A stretch of DNA of 64,000 nucleotides from Candidatus Latescibacterota bacterium (GCA_965226795.1 CBDDDZ010000005.1:704001-768000), one strand, 5' to 3'. Shown: positions 40,011 to 51,687, numbered from the stretch's first letter. The notes: generated by a model from the sequence alone, not told the origin. Translations and numbers: made by a program.

Positions 40011-43000
40011 TCATGTGGTTTTCGCCCCCTGTTCGTCGGAGACGAGTATTCGCATGCCTTTTTCCCGGTAAGCCGCTTTCTCGGCAGGATCGACAGTCCG
40101 CCAGATGAGAAACTGTTTTCGCAGGGTATTCATGAACCCCTGGTTGACCCTTCGCCAGGAGGCGACTTCGCCGGAGCGGCGCCTGAGTGAGAGTGTCAGG
40201 GTGTAGATGTCGAAATTGCCGGTGGGTTCGGCCTCGAAACGAAGCTCCTGGCTCACGCCCAGATCGAATGGCGCCAGCCATAGGGTCGTGTGGATGACGT
40301 ACCCCTTTTTGTCCGCGCTACCCTTTCCGTAAAGATGGGCCCCGTCCGTATAAAAAGCCCCCATGGCTTCGCCACTGTGGGATTGGAAGTAATCGGCGAG
40401 AAAGACGCATAGCCCGAATACCTCATTGCCGCCGACCGTAAATGGGAATTCGAACCGCCAATCGTCGCCTTCCGGCTCTGGAAGTTTCCACCTGCGGGAC
40501 ACGTCCGGTACGGCCATCAGGGAGGCCTGCCGGGCCGGATAGATGGTGGACAGGATGACAACGGCCATTACCAGGACGGACGCGGCCACCGCGGAGCGGG
40601 CGGAGTAGTTTAACGTGACGCCCGAGAGCAGGTCCTGCCAGAGCAGCAGTTTGGCAACGCCCTGGCCCATCAGGTAGCCGCTCACCGTGCCGAGGACGGC
40701 GTAGACGCAAGCTTCGGCAATAAACAGAAAGGCGATATGGACGGGAGCCAGCCCCACCGCGGAATAGACGCCGATTTCCCGAAATCGCTCGTAAACCGAT
40801 CCCATCATGGTATTCAGTACGATGAGTGAGGCAATGAGGATTGGGATGAACAGATTACTCAGCCCCCGTACCGAGGTGTCGCCGAGCGAACTGAAGACGG
40901 AGACCCTGATACGCCCGTCCGCGTCCGGAAGGCCGGCAAACAGGACAACGGAGAGCCTGGACAGCAGTTCTTTGACGTACGCCCCCACGTTTGCGCCGGC
41001 TTCAAAGCGCAGAGCAACCGATTGGAGCGGGCTGCCCACCTGACGCAGGAACTTGTAGGGTACGATCATGATATCGTCCGGGTTGATGTGCTCAAAGGGC
41101 ATGATTTCAACTTCCGGTTGTTCGAGACCCTGTTTTTCTCGCGTTTCCTGGGTGGTCATCTGTTCGATGGCTTCCTCGTCCGTAAGTTTGAAATCCGCGG
41201 GACTGAGCGGTTCTTCGTCCAGGTCCTTCAGCCGATTGAACGCGCCGGCGTCGATCAGGCCGATAACCGGCAGCGATTCGCCGAAAATCCGGACTCGGGT
41301 CGCCTCCGGGCGGCCGGCGTCGACGCCGAGGAGGTCCGCTATCTTTTCGGGCAGGATGCAGGCGGTTTCGCCCGGACGGAACCAGCGCCCGGACTTGAGT
41401 GTGCGATGGACTCCGGTTACGTCCGCCTCCTGGGGCGTCATTCCCAGGACGCCAAGCACGTGCGTCGAGCGGGCTGCGGACTTTACGGGGATGATCTTCT
41501 TCTCCCGCGTGTAGTACCAACTCCGGGGGGCCGCTATGGCGGATTCCCCGAAGTGGGTGACGGCGTAATCGTAGACGACATCTTCCAGCGGGCCCCAGAA
41601 CTTGCTGCGGATGAGTATTCCTGGATACGGACCCTCGGTGTCTTTGGGAATCCGGTGGAATTCGAGAGCCGATTTGATGGACGTGAACGAGAGAACCGTG
41701 AACGTGAGCAGCAGGAGCGTCGTGAACGTAAGCGCCGTGCGCAGTTTACGGCGTTTCATGTTCGCAATGCCGAGTTGGAAAGCGGCCATGGATGCGGAGA
41801 TTCTACCGACGTCGGTTTCGTGCAGCAGCACTTCCGGGACCCGTATCCGGCGCATGGTTTCGTTGAAGCGCTTAAATACCAGGGAGATGACAAACGCGGC
41901 AAGCGCGAGAATGACAAAGGCGAGCAGCACAACCACAGGATTGGAGATCTCGAATGCCGGGTGGACATTCGATAAAAAAAGCCAGATGAGCAAAAAGATA
42001 CCAACGAATCCTGCGATCTGTCTTCGGATATCCACGGCGCTGAAGATGAGGCGTTCGGCGAAAAACGCGCATGGGATGACCAGGGCCATGAAGAAAACGA
42101 TGCCACGCACCACGTCGTTCTGGGTGTCTTTGACGTCCGGGTAGGCACGGGATTCGATGCCCAGCGCCGCGCGGGTGTGTTTCATGAAAACATCCCAGCG
42201 CTTTTCCGACATGGCGTCTTCGGCCATTTCCAGGTGGTGGCCGGCCTGGCTGTGCAGCAGGTTCAGACGCTGGTTTTCAATGGCGTATTTCTGCATTTCC
42301 TGTTTTCGGGCTTCGTTCAGGATCCACATGTCTCTGGCGGCCAGAAATGAGGTGCGCGCAAGGGCGCCGTGGGTGAGGGTGGGGTAGCCCCGGCCGCGGG
42401 CGATTTCCTCGCTCTGTGCGCTTTCGGCATTCAGCAACAGGTAGCGGATGCCTATGTCGCCTGAGCCCGCTGTGATATCGCCGCCGCGCATGGCGACTTT
42501 GACCCTCTCGCCCGGGCGCGTGAACAGGGTGCCGACGGGTTCCGTCGGCCCGAATCCGATGGCATACCCGTATTCCTGCGGCGTGATATTACCGCTTCCG
42601 TAAACGCTGATCTGAGAGAGTTTGGTAAGGTAACGCGGATCGACGGTATCGTAAAAATCCGTGGCGACGCAGGGAAACAGAATGATATTTCGTTTGGAAA
42701 TCCACCAGTTCATATCGAAATCGCCCCGGTAGATACGCGCTTGCTGTCCGAAGTTTGGTGCGTAGGTGATCTCGCCGGTCTCGGGATCCAGAAAGTAGGC
42801 GCTGACGGAAACGCGGCGTTCGGCAACGCCGGGCATGTAGAATTCGCCGTTCTCGTCGGTCAGGTCGTAATAGATGCGCCGAACGCCCTTGACTGATTTG
42901 TCGATACCCATTCGGAGCGCGGCGATGGCGCCCTTCTTGGGGCGGTCGGGTACGATGCTGCGCCTTGGAAAGGTCCGCACGAATCCCTTAAGGCCGCGCA

Positions 43001-44546
43001 TGCGGTCGTCCGGGTTGAGCCGATGGTCAGGGATGAGCGTGGGGTCGTTCAGGGCAATGTCGAGCACGCCGGTAATCAGTCTGATCTGTTTGGCGAGATT
43101 TTCAAAGTTGACCCCTTCGGGCCGGTCCAGCGGCGTATCGAAGCGAAAACGGGCATCGTTCAACGTAACCAGGGACAGCGCGAGCGTGCCTGCTTCGAGA
43201 ACCACTTCGCCATCGGTCTTCAGGTTAACGCCGGGAATATACATGTCCCAGGTCATTCCACCCGTGGGATTGATTCCGTCCATCAGTGCCTGATCGGGGT
43301 CCAGCCCGAACGCAGGTGCGATTGCATGCGAGATGCGGACGAATTTCTTGCCGAACGGTGTGAAGAACCGGTTGTAGTAGAAGTTGCGCGTGCTGTTCCA
43401 GACACCTATCTGGGCCGTCTGGCTCGAGAGGTCCAGTCCGATGAAGAGACGAATGTCGATGGGATCGGTCATCAGGGCCGCGAAATGCCTTTCTTTTCTG
43501 GCGTGGCGGCCCAGGAAATCGCAGATGCCGCGAAAGCCCAGGTGGTGAGCCGAGGTGGCCAGAAAGAGTAGCGTGCGCGCGGTGGGATATCGCTGGAAGT
43601 AATTGACCAGTTCAAGCAGTGCGACGGCGCCGCTGGCCATCTCGGCGCCGGGGGCCAGGGCGGGAACCACGGACATGGCGTCGTAGTACGCGTTGATCAC
43701 GACGATCTGGTCCCTGAGGCCCGGATCCGTGCCAGGCAGAAAGCCCAGAATATTGTGGGCGGTGTGTTTTTCCCACTCCATTCTCGCCTTCAGTTCAATT
43801 TCGAGTTCGCCGTGCAGGGCAAGCAGACGTTTGAGCGCCCGGCCGGACTGTCTGTCGATCCAGAATCGTTCCACGCTGTTAGGAACCTGCAGGAATTTCT
43901 GTTCGGCTTCGGTATAAAACGTGGAATCCGGTTCGATGAAAATAACCTGTTCCGCCCCCAGCGTGGCCGCGTTCAGCCAGTGGTTCCGTGTGTTGAATTC
44001 CATCAGGACGGCCGCGCCCTCGAGCGTGTGTCCGTTGAAGTCGGAAAATTCACCATTTGCCCCGTAGATCAGGCGAGTGCGAACCCCTTCACGCGGCAGT
44101 GTGGAGGTCTTGACCAGGTTCGGCCAGACGGCGTGGATGGGATACGAAGTGCCGTCGCGCACGAGGGTCAGGCTGCCGCCCTTGTCGATAGGTGCGGTCA
44201 CGTCGAATGGCTCGGAACGTACGTCCTTAAGGCCGGCGCGTTCGAAACTTCGCCGGATGTAATCGGCGGCAACTGCATGGCCGGTATATCCGGGAACGCG
44301 CGATCCGTGACCCGTAAAGCGGGCCATGTGGGCGCGTACGCCGTCAGACGAGACGGTATCCAGGACGCGGACCGATGTCTTTCCCGCTCCCGGGACGGGC
44401 CTGGGCGGCGAGGGTCGGGGTGCCTTCAGACCCAGTATGGCGGCAAGGTAGGGGTTGACGCGTTCCGGGCCCACAGCCATGCAGAAGAAAGCAGTAGCGG
44501 TGAGCAGGAGCGTAAGCACGAGTCCGATGCGTCGGCGGCTATTCAT
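40011..44546 (-). CDS. FtsX/MacB-like ABC permease fused to an M28 peptidase-like domain
   Basis: SRVPGY.G, NAYYD..APGA, GLDLS; C-terminal SVYERFREIGVYSAVGL permease motif. Confidence 0.8.
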   Translation of the reverse strand: MNSRRRIGLVLTLLLTATAFFCMAVGPERVNPYLAAILGLKAPRPSPPRPVPGAGKTSVRVLDTVSSDGVRAHMARFTGHGSRVPGYTGHAVAADYIRRSFERAGLKDVRSEPFDVTAPIDKGGSLTLVRDGTSYPIHAVWPNLVKTSTLPREGVRTRLIYGANGEFSDFNGHTLEGAAVLMEFNTRNHWLNAATLGAEQVIFIEPDSTFYTEAEQKFLQVPNSVERFWIDRQSGRALKRLLALHGELEIELKARMEWEKHTAHNILGFLPGTDPGLRDQIVVINAYYDAMSVVPALAPGAEMASGAVALLELVNYFQRYPTARTLLFLATSAHHLGFRGICDFLGRHARKERHFAALMTDPIDIRLFIGLDLSSQTAQIGVWNSTRNFYYNRFFTPFGKKFVRISHAIAPAFGLDPDQALMDGINPTGGMTWDMYIPGVNLKTDGEVVLEAGTLALSLVTLNDARFRFDTPLDRPEGVNFENLAKQIRLITGVLDIALNDPTLIPDHRLNPDDRMRGLKGFVRTFPRRSIVPDRPKKGAIAALRMGIDKSVKGVRRIYYDLTDENGEFYMPGVAERRVSVSAYFLDPETGEITYAPNFGQQARIYRGDFDMNWWISKRNIILFPCVATDFYDTVDPRYLTKLSQISVYGSGNITPQEYGYAIGFGPTEPVGTLFTRPGERVKVAMRGGDITAGSGDIGIRYLLLNAESAQSEEIARGRGYPTLTHGALARTSFLAARDMWILNEARKQEMQKYAIENQRLNLLHSQAGHHLEMAEDAMSEKRWDVFMKHTRAALGIESRAYPDVKDTQNDVVRGIVFFMALVIPCAFFAERLIFSAVDIRRQIAGFVGIFLLIWLFLSNVHPAFEISNPVVVLLAFVILALAAFVISLVFKRFNETMRRIRVPEVLLHETDVGRISASMAAFQLGIANMKRRKLRTALTFTTLLLLTFTVLSFTSIKSALEFHRIPKDTEGPYPGILIRSKFWGPLEDVVYDYAVTHFGESAIAAPRSWYYTREKKIIPVKSAARSTHVLGVLGMTPQEADVTGVHRTLKSGRWFRPGETACILPEKIADLLGVDAGRPEATRVRIFGESLPVIGLIDAGAFNRLKDLDEEPLSPADFKLTDEEAIEQMTTQETREKQGLEQPEVEIMPFEHINPDDIMIVPYKFLRQVGSPLQSVALRFEAGANVGAYVKELLSRLSVVLFAGLPDADGRIRVSVFSSLGDTSVRGLSNLFIPILIASLIVLNTMMGSVYERFREIGVYSAVGLAPVHIAFLFIAEACVYAVLGTVSGYLMGQGVAKLLLWQDLLSGVTLNYSARSAVAASVLVMAVVILSTIYPARQASLMAVPDVSRRWKLPEPEGDDWRFEFPFTVGGNEVFGLCVFLADYFQSHSGEAMGAFYTDGAHLYGKGSADKKGYVIHTTLWLAPFDLGVSQELRFEAEPTGNFDIYTLTLSLRRRSGEVASWRRVNQGFMNTLRKQFLIWRTVDPAEKAAYREKGMRILVSDEQGAKTT

Positions 44547-44651
44547 AAGGATTGCAGGTCGGGGTTCTGTTGAACGCCCGTCGATTGAAGGTGGTGGTTT
44601 TTCGTTCCATGCCACGGCCCGGACGCGGGAGAAAGCTCCTGCTGCTGCCGA

Positions 44652-46658
44652 TCAGAACCGATGAACGCTGTGGCCGCGTTCAGGGAACCAGAGGACGTCG
44701 ATGAAGGCGGAGAGTGCAACCCCCAGTATATAACCGACGAGCAGGCCGATGAAAAGCGGGCGGGATTTTCTGTATACGGAGGGTCCGCCCATCTTCAGCA
44801 TCACCAGTTTGACAAGCCAGGCGAGGAGTACGGTCAAGCTGGTTCGCCGCGCGAGGTACGAACCGGAGATGGCCATTCCCACCGGATGCAACGGCCACCA
44901 GACGAATCGATGCCGCAGGTAAATAAGCAGGAGCGTGACCAGGCCGCCCAGGCCGAAAAACACGACATGGTCGGGGTGTTCACGGTAAACCGGCGGTTCC
45001 GGTTTCTTAGTGAGGAAATTCTTGACGGAAGTCGCGGTACCTTCGAAATGTTTGGGTCCGGCACGCACGATTTCCCACGAGTTGAAGTTGTACGCGCCGT
45101 CGCGGTATCCCAGATGGATCGTGAGCAGCACGCTGGCGACGTAACTGAACATAAAGGCCAGTCCGACGGCAAGCATGAGGTTTCGGCGGTTGCCCCGGAC
45201 GCCCTCCGCCACGCGCCCGGCGTGTGCGAGGGCGGGCAGGAAGAGCCCTTTGAAGTGGGAGGTAATCCTCGATGCGAACCGAAGCGCTACCCGCGTCTTT
45301 TCGTTGACTGCCGATCCGGCAAGGAAGGGCGCCACCAGGCCCCAGGGGCCAGCTGGTACGTTGGTGTACGGCATGCCGGTTTCGGCGAGAATCTTAGCCA
45401 TGCCGACGTAGGTGAAGATCACTGCCGGAAGGAGCAGGGCGGCCAGGAGCGGATCAAATCCGATGCGCACAAGCCAGAGCCACATATACGCGAGGCCCCC
45501 GACCAGGCCGATCAGAGCCATCCGGCAGGAGAGCGGTTCGTCCCGGTCGTCCAGGGGTACGTCATTGCGCCATGCTTTGCGAACCACGTCCCTTATATGG
45601 CGTCGGGCAACCCAGAAAACCGAGGCGGCCAGCATGACAAATGCGCCTTTTGTTTGCCAATAGTAAACGCCCCGGTAATAGTAGGGCGATATGGCCGTAA
45701 GCCCCCGGCGATGCAGCCAGCCGCCTTCGAAGATAAACAGCAGGTCGAAGAACCAGATGCTGAATAGAACGTCCAGGCTGGCGAAATAGGAGAAAAAGAT
45801 GGTGAAGAGACCGAGGAAACCATAGGCAGGCGGATGCTGCCGGTCGATCCAGTACCACCTGCCGCGATAGACCGGAAACTGCGGAAAGCCGGGAAGAAAG
45901 TAGTTGATGCAGTTCCAGGCGATCATCCCGAAGGCCAGTCCGAAACCGATCCAGAACAGATAATTTTTCGTGAAATCCGGCAGGGCGGACCTGCCGCTGC
46001 CGGGTTCTTCCGCCATGTGAATCAGGGGCGCCATGGCCGGAAACGCCAGTCGTTCGTTCTGCACCCATTGTTTGCGAAAAACCACGGCGATACAGGCCAG
46101 AACCACAAATGCCGCCACGATGAACGTGGTCCACCAGAGCAGCGGCAGCAGCCAGGCATCCCAGGGGATCTGCGCACCCTTTGGGACACCCTCGAAAAAC
46201 CAGGTGACCGCATTGTTTTCGTCTGAGGGTATAAGCCACGGATTGATATACGGATGCAGGTAGGTATTCCATTCGTTGACTTCGGTAGCGAAATAGTATG
46301 GGGTCGCCATGTAACCGAGCAGATAGCCGCTGAGACCGAAGCCGGGTATGGCGGCTCCCACAACGCCCATCGCCAGAATGGTGTGCCATTCCGCCGGTGA
46401 GAGCTTCCATCGGGAAAAACGTGCGATCGCCGCGCCGATGACGATCATCAACGTAAACACGATGAGCATGGCCATCGGGACATGGCTGTAGGTCATTAAC
46501 GAGCCATGCACGACGTACCGGACGTGGATCGCCAGGACGTCCAGTCCGACGACCAGGACCAGGCCCGAAACGACGGATCGGACCGTGACGCCGTTGGCAG
46601 TTTTGGCGCAGTTTGCGTCCGTTTCAATGGGTTCGGCTGTTCGTTCGAGGCTGGGCAT
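44652..46658 (-). CDS. Multi-TM uncharacterised membrane protein (DUF6785/DUF6784-like)
   Basis: RKQWVQNERLAFP, WWPLHPVG, GG..Y...RPLFIGL. Confidence 0.7.
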   Translation of the reverse strand: MPSLERTAEPIETDANCAKTANGVTVRSVVSGLVLVVGLDVLAIHVRYVVHGSLMTYSHVPMAMLIVFTLMIVIGAAIARFSRWKLSPAEWHTILAMGVVGAAIPGFGLSGYLLGYMATPYYFATEVNEWNTYLHPYINPWLIPSDENNAVTWFFEGVPKGAQIPWDAWLLPLLWWTTFIVAAFVVLACIAVVFRKQWVQNERLAFPAMAPLIHMAEEPGSGRSALPDFTKNYLFWIGFGLAFGMIAWNCINYFLPGFPQFPVYRGRWYWIDRQHPPAYGFLGLFTIFFSYFASLDVLFSIWFFDLLFIFEGGWLHRRGLTAISPYYYRGVYYWQTKGAFVMLAASVFWVARRHIRDVVRKAWRNDVPLDDRDEPLSCRMALIGLVGGLAYMWLWLVRIGFDPLLAALLLPAVIFTYVGMAKILAETGMPYTNVPAGPWGLVAPFLAGSAVNEKTRVALRFASRITSHFKGLFLPALAHAGRVAEGVRGNRRNLMLAVGLAFMFSYVASVLLTIHLGYRDGAYNFNSWEIVRAGPKHFEGTATSVKNFLTKKPEPPVYREHPDHVVFFGLGGLVTLLLIYLRHRFVWWPLHPVGMAISGSYLARRTSLTVLLAWLVKLVMLKMGGPSVYRKSRPLFIGLLVGYILGVALSAFIDVLWFPERGHSVHRF

Positions 46659-46743
46659 CGTTCGGAGTTCGGAATCAGAGATTGGGCAGTTTTTTCCGGG
46701 GGTTGTCAGGCCGGCCGCCACGTCGAAAGCGGATGCAAGAGTC

Positions 46744-46772
46744 TTGACATCCGCGGGAGGTTTTGTTAGATT
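46744..46772 (+). promoter_or_regulatory. Promoter of tRNA-Phe
   Basis: TTGACA-17-TAGATT. Confidence 0.65.
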
Positions 46773-46820
46773 TGCGCGCTTGTCACATAACGGGAACGTT
46801 GCGTTCTCCCGCGGAATGGA

Positions 46821-46896
<76 letters not shown>

Positions 46897-47028
46897 CTTT
46901 TTTCCGTGCAAGAATATCCGGCCGACCTTCTATCTTCCCGGGCAACCAGATCCCTGGAAGGCTTCGATGATGCTGGGGGTCGCCAGTTTTATCCGACGGA
47001 CAAGACAGTTTTCCGGGCCCGGAGGGCA

Positions 47029-47211
47029 ATGATGGCTGTTCCCGAATACATCGTGAGTCGCGATCGCCTGATTGAACTGGTTCAAGAGGGCCGGACGCCC
47101 GCTCAGATCGCAGAGATGTTTCGCGTGGACCCCGCAATCATTCGGGATATGATCCGTCGACTGGAGCAAAACGGATATTACGACTTGCTTTATAGAAATG
47201 CAAAGCGTTAG
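47029..47211 (+). CDS. Small HTH-like protein
   Basis: GGAGG RBS; EGRTPAQIAEMFRVDPAIIRDMIRRL; bidirectional terminator at ~47287-47324. Confidence 0.65.
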   Translation: MMAVPEYIVSRDRLIELVQEGRTPAQIAEMFRVDPAIIRDMIRRLEQNGYYDLLYRNAKR

Positions 47212-47342
47212 CGACCGGGCGTCATTGTGGCAGCCGGATGACTCCCGAACCCGCGGCGGGAGCGCATCCGGAGCACCGGGTACAGGAAAAGGCGTTCGTC
47301 GTTCTGACGGACGCCTTTTTTTTTGGTGCGCGCTGTCGGGTA

Positions 47343-48131
<789 letters not shown>

Positions 48132-48245
48132 GACGACTTCTCCTGAACGTTTTTCTTGGATTTTGAAAATAGCCCGCTTATGTTAGAGAAAACAGGGACT
48201 CCTGTCAAGCATTTTGTCAGACCCGAGCTTAACCTGAATAATTCA

Positions 48246-50098
48246 GTGCGCCGTGAAAAGGCGCGGAACTCCAGTGGGTGAAAGTCCCACCCGACAAATG
48301 TTGCTGCAGTCGGTAGCAATCGGAGCGGGGACGTAGGTAACGACATCTCCGAAGCCTCCGGTGTAGAGGGTCGCAAGGCGACTCGGCGAGTATGCAGGCC
48401 GTAACGTGAGTGAACGCTGAGCAGGCCTCGAAAACGGTAATGCGGGAGCCGACCCGCCTGAATTACGGGGAAGGCCGCCGTCGTTGGGTAAGAAAGCAAC
48501 GGGTGCACCCAACGGTTAATGGCGACGGCATGTATACAAGGAGATCCGACGCAACACGGGAAGCCCCAACGGTGGTGGAGGGACACCAACCGGCAGCCCG
48601 CGAGGGACAGGCCGGGCGGTTTGGGGTGGCGGAGAGGCCCGTAGTACCTGCGATGCCGGGTAACGCCGGCGGAGGGAAGGGGCCTTGGTTCAAGGGCAAC
48701 GTCAAAGGAGCGAGAGCCGGGAGAGTGGCATGGGCCTAAGACCTCCGGAAAAGGTTTGGAAGCTGCAGAGGACGTTGCATGCCAAAGCGAAGGAATCGCC
48801 CGATTACCGATTCTATGCGCTGTATGACAAGGTGTATCGCGAGGACATCCTGCTTTATGCCTACCGCAGCTGCAAGGCCAACGGCGGTGCGGCGGTGGAC
48901 GGACAGACCTTTGAGGATATCGAGTCATACGGACGGGACCAGTGGTTAGGCGAACTGGCGGAAGCCGTGAGGAGCAAATCGTATCGAGCGGATCCGATTC
49001 GTCGGGTCTACATCCCCAAGGGTGACGGCAAGCAAAGACCGCTGGGGATACCGACGGTGAAGGACCGGGTGGTGCAAAGGGCAGCGATGTTGGCAATGGA
49101 GCCAATCTTTGAAGCGGACCTGCCAGCACAGCAGTATGCCTACCGCCCGAATCACGACGCCACCAGGGCGGTCCACGCCCTGGTTACGCAGGTCATCGAC
49201 GCCGACTTGAGCGGCTACTTCGACACGATTCACGCCGAGCCGGTGGCGCGGCGCATCTCAGACGGGAAGATGCTGAGTCTGATCAAGATGTGGCTGACCG
49301 CCCCGGTTGAAGAGACCGACGCGCGGGGACGGAAACGGCGAACAACGCCGAACAAGGATCAGGGAAGGGGGATACCACAAGGCGCCCCCCTCTCCCCGTT
49401 GCTGGCGAACCTGTATATGCGGCGGTTCATCCTGGGATGGCAGCTTCTGGGACATCAGCAGCGCCTGAACGCTCATATTGTCAACTACGCGGACGATTTT
49501 GTGATTTGCTGTCGCGGCACCGCACAAGAAGATGGCGTGATGCGATCCATCATGAAAGCGCTTAAGTTGACCGTCAATGAGCAGAAGACGACGCACGCTT
49601 CCAGAAGGACGATTTGACTTTCTGGGCTACACCATCGGTCGCTGTTACTCGCCAAAGACGGGCAAGGCCTATATCGGACGCGCCCGTTTGTCGGGCCATC
49701 AGCGAGGCCACAGCGCGACGGTGGTTGCTTCAAGAACGGATTGCTGAACCGAAAGCTGGTAGGCTGGGGCAACTATTTCCGTCTTGGACCGGTAAGCAAA
49801 GCCTACCGGAGTGTGGATGCCCACACCCGGCATCGGCTCCGCTGGTGGTTGTGTAACAAGCACAAGATACCGGGAAAGGGAACATCACGCTTCCCTGACG
49901 AGGTCCTCTACGATACCCTGGGCCTGACCCGGCTGGAAGTGCAGACACGCAACTTTGTCAAGAATCCTTGTCCGAGAGCCAGATCCGCAAGTCCGGTTCG
50001 ATGAGCTGGAAACAGAGCACCTATTGAGGCACCGCCAGACGAAAGGGGCGGAAACAGATAGGCCCCTCCTAAACCACCGCGCCACATCTCGACTCTAC
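48246..50098 (+). mobile_element. Group II intron (degenerate)
   Basis: 5' GTGCG; D5/D6 GAGAGCC..GTCCGGTTCGATGAG..CTCGACTCTAC 3'; RT ORF inside; EBS1 TGAATT at 48459-48464. Confidence 0.92.
48730..50004 (+). pseudogene. ltrA: Group II intron reverse transcriptase/maturase, frameshifted
   Basis: RPLGIPTVKDR, PQGAPLSPLLAN, YADD; frameshifts after ~49590; maturase GWGNYF lies in another frame. Confidence 0.88.
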
Positions 50099-50452
50099 TG
50101 AATTGTCACGGATTGCAGTTTCAGGAAGCAGAAACAGGTTCCGAGTGAATCGTGAAACGGAAGGAAAACCTGTCTGTGACGGATTTGGAGTTTTCAAGCC
50201 GCTTCAGTGGCACGTGCTGGTAACACGGTAGGGCGGGGGCGTCAGGTTGACCTTTATGCCCGTGTCAAGAGCACAGACATCTGTCTGGCCTTTGGTGGTG
50301 TCGATCAAGACGTGAAGGCGGATTCAACCGGACGATGCGTTATGGAACGGACGATGCCAGATTGTAGAGGATCTTGGCATAGAGGTGTTTGAGTGGAAAC
50401 GCGGTTGGCAGATGGAACGTGATTTTGGTTTTCATCTCACAGACGCGTCCGG

Positions 50453-50482
50453 CCTGCCTGCCGAGCATCCGGCGCAGGCAGG
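50453..50482. repeat. 30-bp palindromic micro-insertion
   Basis: CCTGCCTGCCGAGCATCCGGCGCAGGCAGG; removal restores KVAGRVCE. Confidence 0.85.
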
Positions 50483-50680
50483 CGACCTTCAAGAGGCGAT
50501 TTTGCAGCGTATTATACTGGGCGTTCGTCCACTTGGTGCCGCGCAATCCCATTTCAGCCAAGGTCTGCAACAGGACATAGGCGGCGCTGTGGAGAAAGAG
50601 CCGGAAGTGATTGGCCTCGAAGGTGTGACAAGAGGTGCGATCGGAATGGAGAAAGGTCTTGTGATTCTTGATAAAGCCTT

Positions 50681-50705
50681 CCTGCCTGCCTGGCCGGCAG
50701 ACAGG
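50681..50705. repeat. ~21-25-bp palindromic micro-insertion
   Basis: CCTGCCTGCCTGGCCGGCAGACAGG at the frameshift between YCGRG and EGFIKNHK; one boundary ambiguous. Confidence 0.75.
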
Positions 50706-51121
50706 CCGCGTCCACAATAGACGGTTTTGTAGATGAATGAAGGGTTGGCGCGTTGCAGGTTGGTGGCCACGAAACGGATATTGTCTCCTTGCGGTGTCAC
50801 TTCCGCCTTGCAGATGATGCGGCGTGGCGAAGCCCAGGTGCTGGCCTGATAGTCCCACGCGTTATATAGGCGCACGGTTTTGCCGGAAACGGCATACAGC
50901 GCTTTGGCCTGGTCCATCAAGGGCTGTGCCCTGGGCAGCAACTTGGCATTGCCGCTTTGTCCAAGGGCAAAATACACATTCTGTGTGTCACACAACGCGT
51001 GTACTTCCGGACACGAAAAATGTGAATCGCCACGCAACAGGATCGCCACGTCGGGCCAGGCTCGACGCAGGTAGGCGATCACCCGTTTGAGAATCGAAAC
51101 GATCTCTTTGCCCGAAGGCCG

Positions 51122-51140
51122 CCTGCCTGCAGCAGGCAGG
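51122..51140. repeat. 19-bp palindromic micro-insertion
   Basis: CCTGCCTGCAGCAGGCAGG; removal restores the frame RPGVRPSGKEI. Confidence 0.88.
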
Positions 51141-51657
51141 CACGCCAGGACGCAAAACCGTCGTGATCAACTTGCCGGTTTGCCCTTCATAGATATGCAA
51201 CGGCTGGTAGCAATGACTCTTAAAATACGCATTGAATAACGACAACTGCCCAGAACCATACACCTTATCTTCCGTATCGTCGATATCCAGCAGGATGGCT
51301 TTGGGCGGTTTCTTATACGAGGCGATAAACCCATCGGCAAAGGCCTTCGCGATCCGATATAAGTCGCCTCTGGTGATCCGGTTCTCGAACCGACTCATCG
51401 TGGGTTGACTGGCCAGATCCGCACCGGTCAGCGGCAACCGATCACAGGCCGCCTTGAAGCCGGGGTCCCCGCGTAACGCATTGCAGTCGTTCGCATCCTC
51501 ATACCCACACGCCATCTGAAAAACACGCTGTATGACCAGGTCCGCCAATGAGTGATCCACATAACTGGGATTCCAACTATCGGTTAAGGCCTCAATGATC
51601 CGACGCAAAATGCCGTTCTTGGCCTCCACCTCACGTATCAGCATTACTCCGCTGTCG

Positions 51658-51687
51658 CCTGTCTGCGTGCGTACACGCACAGGCAGG
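51658..51687. repeat. 30-bp palindromic micro-insertion
   Basis: CCTGTCTGCGTGCGTACACGCACAGGCAGG; removal restores LTSDSG. Confidence 0.88.

Noticed and set aside
48685..49617. RT as a retron, DGR or defence RT
   Set aside because: GTGCG start, D5/D6 end, EBS1 pairing and maturase remnants identify a group II intron
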